DNA from: Eubacteriales bacterium
GTDB taxonomy: Bacteria; Bacillota; Clostridia; Oscillospirales; CAG-272
Assembly: GCA_045577175.1 (NCBI GenBank)
Contig: JAZNHT010000022.1
Location: 481 to 64,480 of the forward strand
Direction: 5' to 3'
DNA: 64,000 nucleotides
Part shown: positions 56,878-64,000 of the stretch, in pieces
Layout: each line of letters starts with the position of its first letter
Position numbering within the stretch: the first letter of the stretch is position 1
Notes under the pieces: model-generated
What the model saw: only the letters and a program-made list of their open reading frames with translations
Databases searched by the model: none
What the model was told of the DNA's origin: nothing
Made by a program: the position numbers and the translations under genes

Positions 56878-57330
56878 ATGGCTGACACGCTCGGTGTACG
56901 CATACAGCTTCTGAGAGACGGCGCGGCCGTTCCGAAATACGCGACGGAGGGCTCTGCCGCGTGTGATCTGACCGCGGCAATCGACGCGCCGCTTACGATC
57001 CCGAAGGGGGAATCCCGCGCCGTGCCGACGGGGATCGCCATCTCCATGGAAGAAGACGGCGTGGTTGCCATCGTCTGTGCGCGCTCGGGACTTGCGTTTA
57101 AGCACGGCCTTTCCCTCGTCAACGGCATCGGCGTGATCGACCGCGACTACCGCGGTGAGATCGCTGTCGGTATCCGCAACGACGGAGCGGCGAACTACAC
57201 CGTAACGCCCGGCGAAAGAATCGCACAGCTTATGTTTCTGCCGTACAAAACGGCGTGCTTCACCGTTGCCGCTTCGCTCGATGAAACAGCACGCGGCACG
57301 GGCGGCTTCGGCTCCACGGGCAAGCTGTGA
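56878..57330 (+). CDS. dut: dUTP diphosphatase
   Basis: SAACDL, RSGLA, GVIDRDYRGEI, RIAQL and RGTGGFGSTG. Confidence 0.96.
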   Translation: MADTLGVRIQLLRDGAAVPKYATEGSAACDLTAAIDAPLTIPKGESRAVPTGIAISMEEDGVVAIVCARSGLAFKHGLSLVNGIGVIDRDYRGEIAVGIRNDGAANYTVTPGERIAQLMFLPYKTACFTVAASLDETARGTGGFGSTGKL

Positions 57331-57357
57331 TACTGCATCTGAAAGGGATATACACCT

Positions 57358-57615
57358 ATGAAAAGTAAATTCTGGCTCAATCTGTTTCTCGTGTGCGTGG
57401 GCATCGTCGTCGGCACACTCGCCGCGGATCTCTGCGCGGACGTATCCTTCCTTTCATGGATGAAGTACGGCATGGATTTCGGCATGTCCGCCCCTGCGAC
57501 GTTTGATCTGCAAGTGATTTCCCTCACCGTCGGACTGTCACTGAACCTCAATATCTCCGTCATCATTTTCATCATTCTCTCGCTCATTTTAGGCAATCTG
57601 ATTGCAAAGAAGTAA
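57358..57615 (+). CDS. DUF4321-like small membrane protein
   Basis: 85 aa with 2-3 TM segments; sits before maf as is typical in Clostridia. Confidence 0.75.
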   Translation: MKSKFWLNLFLVCVGIVVGTLAADLCADVSFLSWMKYGMDFGMSAPATFDLQVISLTVGLSLNLNISVIIFIILSLILGNLIAKK

Positions 57616-57619
57616 CAAA

Positions 57620-58204
57620 ATGACAAACGACAAAATTCTGATTCTTGCCTCCGCCTCCCCCAGACGGCACGAGCTTTTAACGGCGGCAGGCATCGCGCAC
57701 ACCGTCCTCACCGCCGACACGGATGAATCCCTGCCGGACGGCATTTCGCCCGACAAGGCGGTGGAGATGCTCTCACGGAAAAAAGCGCAGGCGGTTCTGC
57801 CGATCGCACCGGACGGGGGGATCGTTTTAGCGGCGGACACAGTCGTTGCACTCGACGGCGTAATTCTCGGCAAGCCGAAAGATAAGGCGGATGCAAAGCG
57901 AATGCTGGCTGCCCTCTCGGGCGGAGAGCATCATGTGTACACAGGCGTGACGCTGACTGACGGCAAAATATCCGTCACCGCCCACGCACGGACAACGGTT
58001 CGTATGCGTGCGCTCACCGAAACGGAAATCGACGCATACATCGAAACCGGCGAGCCGATGGACAAAGCCGGTGCATACGGGATCCAGGCACGCGCCTCCC
58101 TGTTCGTCACAGGCATTGAGGGCGACTACGCAAACGTCGTCGGTCTGCCCGTCTCACTCGTGGGGGATATTTTGCGGAAAAAGTTTGAATTTCCGCTGCT
58201 TTGA
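57620..58204 (+). CDS. maf: Maf nucleotide pyrophosphatase
   Basis: LASASPRR, ADTVV, GKP, DKAGAYGIQ and NVVGLP. Confidence 0.95.
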   Translation: MTNDKILILASASPRRHELLTAAGIAHTVLTADTDESLPDGISPDKAVEMLSRKKAQAVLPIAPDGGIVLAADTVVALDGVILGKPKDKADAKRMLAALSGGEHHVYTGVTLTDGKISVTAHARTTVRMRALTETEIDAYIETGEPMDKAGAYGIQARASLFVTGIEGDYANVVGLPVSLVGDILRKKFEFPLL

Positions 58205-58264
58205 AATCGAAAACAATCACTTTACATAAAGACAAAATCGAAAGGACACCGCCTGCGCGGTGAA

Positions 58265-59281
58265 ATGCAAATCATGGGAAAAAGTATCGGTATTGATCTC
58301 GGTACTGCCAACACAATCGTATACGTGAAGGGCAAGGGGATCGTTCTCCGTGAGCCGTCGGTCGTCGCCGTGGAGGCACGCTCGCGCCGTGTCGTTGCCG
58401 TGGGCAACGAGGCAAAGCTCATGCTCGGAAAAACACCCGGCTCCATCACCGCCATGCGTCCGCTGAAGGACGGCGTTATCGCGGAATTTGACGTGACGGC
58501 GGCAATGCTCCACCACTTTTTCAAACGTGTCGCGGGCAACGCGCTCTTCAGCCGTCCGCGCGTCATCATCTGTATCCCCTACGGCGTTACGGAGGTTGAA
58601 AAGCGTGCCGTGCAGGACGTAACGCTTGAGGCAGGTGCGCAGTCGGTTGCGCTGATTGAGGAGCCGATCGCGGCTGCCATCGGTGCCGGTCTGAAGGTCG
58701 CAAACGCCCAGGGCAGCATGATCGTGGACATCGGCGGCGGTACAACCGAGGTCGCTGTCATGAGCCTCGGCGGTATCGTGCTCTCCACCTCCCTCCGCTC
58801 CGCCGGTGACGAGCTGGACGAGGCAATCATCGCCTATATGAAGCGCAAGCACAACATCTTAATCGGCGAGATGACGGCGGAGATGCTGAAGAAAAACATC
58901 GGCAGCGTGTATCCGCAGTCCGATCGCGGCAGCATGGTCATCCGCGGACGAAATCTCTTAAACGGTCTGCCTGCCACGATCTCCGTCTCCTCGGCGGAAA
59001 TCCGCGAGGCGATGTCGGAGGAGATCTCGCACATCATCGACTGCATCCGCACGACGCTTGAAAACACACCGCCCGAGCTTGCTTCGGATATTTACGACAA
59101 CGGTATTATGCTCGCAGGCGGCGGTGCACTGCTTTCGGGACTCGATATGCTCGTCAGCCGCGTGACCGGCATCCGTACCACCGTTGCAAAATCGCCGCTC
59201 GACTGCGTAGCGGTCGGCATCGGACAGGTCATCGAAAGCGTCAGCGAGCTTTCGGGTATCGTAACCTTCCGCAGCCGCTGA
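58265..59281 (+). CDS. mreB: Rod shape-determining protein MreB
   Basis: IGIDLGTANT, EEPIAAAIGAG, VDIGGGTTE and LAGGGALL. Confidence 0.96.
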   Translation: MQIMGKSIGIDLGTANTIVYVKGKGIVLREPSVVAVEARSRRVVAVGNEAKLMLGKTPGSITAMRPLKDGVIAEFDVTAAMLHHFFKRVAGNALFSRPRVIICIPYGVTEVEKRAVQDVTLEAGAQSVALIEEPIAAAIGAGLKVANAQGSMIVDIGGGTTEVAVMSLGGIVLSTSLRSAGDELDEAIIAYMKRKHNILIGEMTAEMLKKNIGSVYPQSDRGSMVIRGRNLLNGLPATISVSSAEIREAMSEEISHIIDCIRTTLENTPPELASDIYDNGIMLAGGGALLSGLDMLVSRVTGIRTTVAKSPLDCVAVGIGQVIESVSELSGIVTFRSR

Positions 59282-59312
59282 ATCTTATCACCGATTTTGG
59301 AAAGGAGCCCTC

Positions 59313-60167
59313 ATGCGGGATTTATTCAAGAATAAATTTTTCCTGTCGATCGTGATCGCCGCCGTACTGCTCACCGCCGTACCGGGGATTCTCTCAGCCG
59401 CAGGGGTTTCCCTCCCCCTTCGGAATATTGTAAACGTAATCGCAACGCCGTTTGAAAAGGGCTTCGGCTACATCACGGACGCCATTGACGGATTTGTTTC
59501 CTACTACACCAAATTCGACGATCTGGTTGCGGAGAACGCCGCCCTCAAAAAGGAAAATGCGGCTCTGCGTGAGCGTTTGTACAACGCGGAGCAGATCGAG
59601 AAAACAAACGAGTACCTCACCGATTTTCTGGAGATGAAGCGCGCACACACCGATTTCACCTTTGCCGAGGCGACCGTGATCGGCCGCGGCAGCGGCAATT
59701 ATATAACCGTCTTTACCGTTGATCGCGGAACGGCACACGGCATCGCCGTCGGTATGCCCGTCGTCAGCGAAGCGGGTGTGATCGGCTATGTGGATGAGGC
59801 AGGGCTGACGTGGGCAAAGGTGCGCACGCTGGTCGAATCCACCTCCTCCATCGGCGGCTACATCGAGCGCACCGAGGAGCTCGGTCTGATCGAGGGAAAT
59901 TTTGATCTCTCCTCCGCGGGACTTTGCGAGATCACCTACCTCGCCGCCGATTCCGACGTGCGTGTGGGCGACCGCGTTCTCACAAGCGGATACGGCAGTA
60001 TCTATCCGCGCGATCTCGTCATCGGCTACGTCACGGAGATCATCCCCGACGAGTACAGCCGCACGCTGACGGCACGGATCACCCCCGCCGCCACGCTCAC
60101 AGATCTGAGGAAAGTGATGATTATCACCGATTATGAAACCGTTACCGAATCACCGTCCGCCGAATAA
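59313..60167 (+). CDS. mreC: Rod shape-determining protein MreC
   Basis: N-terminal TM, coiled coil, DRGTAHGI and TSGYGSIYPRDLVIG. Confidence 0.93.
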   Translation: MRDLFKNKFFLSIVIAAVLLTAVPGILSAAGVSLPLRNIVNVIATPFEKGFGYITDAIDGFVSYYTKFDDLVAENAALKKENAALRERLYNAEQIEKTNEYLTDFLEMKRAHTDFTFAEATVIGRGSGNYITVFTVDRGTAHGIAVGMPVVSEAGVIGYVDEAGLTWAKVRTLVESTSSIGGYIERTEELGLIEGNFDLSSAGLCEITYLAADSDVRVGDRVLTSGYGSIYPRDLVIGYVTEIIPDEYSRTLTARITPAATLTDLRKVMIITDYETVTESPSAE

Positions 60168-60876
60168 GGCGGCAGATACGCGCCGCTATACGGCAAGCGG
60201 AGAAACAAAGGAGCAGCGCCGTCCGCCGCAAAGTGCAAATCGGCAGCCTGCTTCCGGCAAGCGTGCACGCCGCCGTCCTCTCACACCGAAGGAGCGCGCG
60301 ATCCGCTATCTGAAAAAGAAAATCGCCGCACTCCCGTATCTCCTGCCCGAGGGAGATACGGTCGCCAAGGCATGTATCGCTGCCGGACTGATTCTGCTGT
60401 TTTCCCTCTTGCAGACAACGGTGTTTGCCCGTTTCCGTCCGTTCGGTGCCACGCCCGATCTGATGCTTTCGCTGGTGGTGGCACTCTCCTTGACGGAGGG
60501 CGAAAAATGGGGTGCCGTCTGCGGTCTCAGTGCCGCGTTCGTCATTGAGGCGATCGGATCGTCGGGAGTTACGCTTCTGCCGATTCTGTACGCCGCCGTC
60601 GGGTACTTCTGCCCGATCATCACCCGTGAGCACCTGACGGATTCATTTCCCGTGCGCGTCCTTCTTACCGCCGTCACAGGCGTTGCACGCGCTGTCTTTA
60701 CCTTGATTTACCTCGGTATCCATGCCGATCCGTTCCGCTTTTTCCCTTTGTGCGCCTCGATCGTGCTGCCGGAATATGCCTCCACCCTTGTGATGGCACT
60801 GCTTTCGCATCTTACGGTCTATCTCTGCCTGCACCCCTTCCACAAATCCCGCGCGGAGCGCACGGAAACGCTCTGA
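60133..60876 (+). CDS. mreD: Rod shape-determining protein MreD
   Basis: LQTT..GATPDLMLSLVV, multi-TM, follows mreC; start uncertain. Confidence 0.85.
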   Translation: MKPLPNHRPPNKAADTRRYTASGETKEQRRPPQSANRQPASGKRARRRPLTPKERAIRYLKKKIAALPYLLPEGDTVAKACIAAGLILLFSLLQTTVFARFRPFGATPDLMLSLVVALSLTEGEKWGAVCGLSAAFVIEAIGSSGVTLLPILYAAVGYFCPIITREHLTDSFPVRVLLTAVTGVARAVFTLIYLGIHADPFRFFPLCASIVLPEYASTLVMALLSHLTVYLCLHPFHKSRAERTETL

Positions 60877-60915
60877 TACCGCCCACCCGATTTTTTACGG
60901 AGAAAGGAACGCACC

Positions 60916-63006
60916 ATGAATCAAAAACGCGCTTTTACCCTGCGGTACGTCTCTCTCGCCGTGTTTTTCATCCTCGTCTGCCTTCTGTATATCGCACGGC
61001 TTATCAATATTCAGATTGCCGGTCAGGACTACTATACCACCGTTACCGGAAGCCCGTACACCTACCGCACCGAGACAATCCACGCCCAAAGAGGCGAAAT
61101 CCTTGACCGAAACGGTGTGCCGCTTGTCGTGAATGTGTATACGTATTCCTTACGGCTGGACGCCGGCAGTATGCCGAAGGCGCAGGCGGACAAAAACGAC
61201 GTGATCCTTACCGTTCTCGCAGAAGCGAAAAAGGCAGGGGAGGACGCTTCGTTCACCGTTCCCGACTCTCCGTTCACCGTTCACACGAACGAATCGGGCG
61301 ACACCGTTCACTACGAATACAACCCCGCCTATTTCGAAACGAATATGGGCGCGAAATTTTATAAGCTCGTCACCCAACTCTCCTGTACGGAAGAAAGTCC
61401 CGCCGAGGACACCGCCGAAGCACTTCTGAAACGGTACGGCATCGCAGAAATCGCCAAGGACGGCACGCGGACGTATCACTACGGCGCGGATGACGCGCAT
61501 CTGCTGCTTGCGCTCCGATTGCACATGGAGCTGTCCGATTTCTCCACAGTAGTCCCGTACACGATCCTCTCCGATGTATCTTTGCCGTTTCTCTCCCGTA
61601 TCGCCGAATCGGGACTGCGCGGCGTGCTCCCCCACACCACCGCCGAGAGAGAATACACCCACCCCGGCTACGCCTCGCACATCCTCGGACGGATGGGAAA
61701 AATCACGAAGGATACGAAGGATTACTACCTTTCCCTCGGCTATCCGCTGGATGCCACCGTCGGCGTATCCGGTGCCGAGCAGGCGTTTGAGCAATATCTC
61801 CGCGGCGAGGACGGCACGCGCACAATTGTGGAGGATGCCTACGGCAATATTGTCGATCAGTATGTAAGCAAACAGCCGCGTGCAGGCTCCGACGTGTATC
61901 TGACCATCGATATACAGATGCAGATGCAGGCGGAGGACGCGCTGGCGGCGAATATCCAGCTCATTGTGGATACCGCGATCGCAAGCGGTAAGGAGCTCTC
62001 CGGCGAGGATGCCGATGCAGGTGCTTTGACCGCAATCGACGTGGATACGGGTGAAATTCTCGCGCTCGCCTCTGCGCCGACGTACAATCTCGCCACATAT
62101 AACGAGGATCGCGTCGCGTTGAATGAGGACGCACGCGCACCGCTCTTTAACCGCGCATTAAGCGGTACATATCCCCCCGGATCGACGTTCAAAATCGGTG
62201 TCGCCGCCGCGGCGCTGACGGAGGGCATCATTACCCCGACGACAACCATCCACGCGACCGGCGTGTACGAATACTACTCCACCTACACGCCGACCTGCTG
62301 GATCTACAACATGTTCGGCGGCTCGCACGGCTCGATCAACATAACGACCGCGATTCAGGAGTCGTGCAACTACTTCTTCTATGAGGTCGGCAGACTTCTG
62401 ACGATCGAGACGATGAACAAATACAGCAAGGCACTCGGTCTCGGCGTACCGACCGGCATCGAGCTCGGCGAAAAAACGGGCGTCCTCGCCGGACCCGACT
62501 ACCGAAACGAGCACGGTCTCGGCGCGTGGAATCCCGGCGACACGCTCGCCGCGGCAATCGGGCAGGCGGAAAATCTGTTCACACCGCTTCAGCTGAGCGT
62601 GTATATGTCATCGGTCATCAACAGCGGCACACGGATGCAGGCGCATATTCTCCATAAGGTCGTTTCGTTCTCCGGCGAGGTGCTGTATCAGGTCGAGCCG
62701 ACGGTGGCTGACAACACAATTCAGCTTTCGGGCGAGGTGCACGATCTGCTTCTGAACGCGATGCGGCGCGTAACCGAAAACGGCTCGGCGGCGCGCGTAT
62801 TCAGCAACTATCCGATTGAGGTGGGCGGAAAAACAGGTACCGCCCAGGTGAACGAAAACGAAAGCAACAACGCGATCTTTACAGCGTTTGCGCCGTTCAA
62901 CGATCCGCAGATTGTTGTCTCGTGCATCATCGAGCACGGCGCAAACGGCACCGACGCCGGTTATGCCGTCAGAGACGTGTTTGATTATTATTTCGGGATT
63001 GAATGA
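60916..63006 (+). CDS. mrdA: Class B penicillin-binding protein 2
   Basis: RGEILDRNG, PGSTFK (SxxK), SCN (SxN) and KTGTAQ; follows mreBCD. Confidence 0.92.
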   Translation: MNQKRAFTLRYVSLAVFFILVCLLYIARLINIQIAGQDYYTTVTGSPYTYRTETIHAQRGEILDRNGVPLVVNVYTYSLRLDAGSMPKAQADKNDVILTVLAEAKKAGEDASFTVPDSPFTVHTNESGDTVHYEYNPAYFETNMGAKFYKLVTQLSCTEESPAEDTAEALLKRYGIAEIAKDGTRTYHYGADDAHLLLALRLHMELSDFSTVVPYTILSDVSLPFLSRIAESGLRGVLPHTTAEREYTHPGYASHILGRMGKITKDTKDYYLSLGYPLDATVGVSGAEQAFEQYLRGEDGTRTIVEDAYGNIVDQYVSKQPRAGSDVYLTIDIQMQMQAEDALAANIQLIVDTAIASGKELSGEDADAGALTAIDVDTGEILALASAPTYNLATYNEDRVALNEDARAPLFNRALSGTYPPGSTFKIGVAAAALTEGIITPTTTIHATGVYEYYSTYTPTCWIYNMFGGSHGSINITTAIQESCNYFFYEVGRLLTIETMNKYSKALGLGVPTGIELGEKTGVLAGPDYRNEHGLGAWNPGDTLAAAIGQAENLFTPLQLSVYMSSVINSGTRMQAHILHKVVSFSGEVLYQVEPTVADNTIQLSGEVHDLLLNAMRRVTENGSAARVFSNYPIEVGGKTGTAQVNENESNNAIFTAFAPFNDPQIVVSCIIEHGANGTDAGYAVRDVFDYYFGIE

Positions 63007-63037
63007 GAAAAGTCTCCGCAAACGCGGAGACTTTTTA

Positions 63038-63580
63038 TTATTCCGTATACCGTCTTTCCACCAGCCGTTCCGCCTGAAGCGCGACGACCAGCGACGGAAT
63101 CAGCAAAAGATGGATCACAATCCCCGGGAGCGACGTGACAAAATACGCCGTCGTCCACATGGCAAACGAATACTCCCCGGCGGCAAAGATCAGTGCTTTC
63201 GCCGCGCCTGCCACGATACGCCCGAGCAGCATGGACGTAAGGAGACTGATGTACAAATCCCCGTACAGCTTTCCCGTGCGGACAAATCGCATCATTACGC
63301 CTGCGACAAGACCGTACACGGCACATTCGATCAGCATGGGCGGCAGGTATGCCATCGGCGGCATCGATGTAATCACGGACGAAAGGAGCGGTCCCGCGAT
63401 ACCGCACGCCATGCCCCAAAGCGGTCCGCAGATCAGTCCGCAGAGAAGCACGGGAATATGCATCGGGGAGAGAATACTGCCCCCGTCCGGCACGGCATGG
63501 AACGCAAGCGGCAAAACCACGCACAGCGCGGTACAGAGGGCGGCAAAAATAAGATTCCGTATAGTAAGTTTGCTTTTCAT
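63038..63580 (-). CDS. ECF transporter S component
   Basis: ILSPMHIPVLLCGLICGP..GPLLSSVITSMPP; about 6 TM segments. Confidence 0.88.
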   Translation of the reverse strand: MKSKLTIRNLIFAALCTALCVVLPLAFHAVPDGGSILSPMHIPVLLCGLICGPLWGMACGIAGPLLSSVITSMPPMAYLPPMLIECAVYGLVAGVMMRFVRTGKLYGDLYISLLTSMLLGRIVAGAAKALIFAAGEYSFAMWTTAYFVTSLPGIVIHLLLIPSLVVALQAERLVERRYTE

Positions 63581-64000
63581 TCGGTTGTCTTTCCTTCGTT
63601 TTCCGTAGTATCAATCTGAAAATCCGCCTGCTCGCGCACGGAGAACGCACGGTCATACGCCGTCTCCATCGGAATCCATTCGTTCACAAACCGTGCGTAC
63701 AGTGCATCGTTTCCGCACCGTTTTTGCAGACGCGCGGCTTGCTCCTCTGACGTGCAGAGCACATATGCCGTCAGATCGCAGTGCGCACCGAGCGAGGGAT
63801 GCAGCGCGTATGATCCCTCCACCACGGTGAGCGCGTGCAGAGGCACCTCCACAGCCTCGCCCAGCGACATCCGTCCGCAATCAAACGCGCGGTAGGAAAA
63901 CGGCTCGCCTGTGCCAAGATACGGCGACACTTCCGCCGCAAATCGCTCGTAGTGGATGTTACCGCCTGCCTCTTTGAGACGCTCGTGTGTGCGCAAATCG
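63577..64000 (-). CDS. Uridine-kinase-like P-loop protein (5' truncated by window end)
   Basis: GGNIHYERF, VVEGSYALHP and RFVNEWIPME. Confidence 0.75.
   Translation of the reverse strand, partial: DLRTHERLKEAGGNIHYERFAAEVSPYLGTGEPFSYRAFDCGRMSLGEAVEVPLHALTVVEGSYALHPSLGAHCDLTAYVLCTSEEQAARLQKRCGNDALYARFVNEWIPMETAYDRAFSVREQADFQIDTTENEGKTTE

Overview
A 64-kb chromosomal segment of a moderately GC-rich Firmicutes/Clostridia (Oscillospirales-like) genome; the taxonomy is inferred from gene content and order. Most of it is housekeeping: rpiR-HI0933-cmk-plsC-ispH/rpsA fusion, asd, hpf, msmX, tex, rsuA, tRNA-Gln(CTG), rsmE/rsmF, comM, tepA, IscU-like plus GGGtGRT, fba, prsA-like, prmC, ddl, dac, ribF, ireB, minD-like, mgsA-like, nth, proBA, zapA, U32 peptidase, dut and maf-mreBCD-pbp2. 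I found no integrase, transposase, prophage or CRISPR array. The notable non-housekeeping signals are: (1) small integrase-less gene cassettes bounded by duplicated target ends (three extra copies of the tRNA-Gln 3' end; a perfect 39-bp duplication of the comM 3' end) or by inverted REP units; (2) a 4-codon uORF attenuator with alternative terminator/antiterminator pairing ahead of a COG3044 ABC-class ATPase; (3) a yybP-ykoY Mn2+ riboswitch ahead of genes that are not known Mn exporters; (4) three divergent Xre switches with the same 15-bp operator architecture controlling SHOCT-like, zinc-ribbon or membrane genes; (5) a membrane-anchored ECF sigma factor with a tandem-repeat stalk and Cys-rich tail; (6) an orphan DnaA-box cluster; (7) an Xre gene split at an A_AAA_AAC slippery site. 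All calls come from reading the sequence by eye; no database searches were run, and coordinates were counted by hand.
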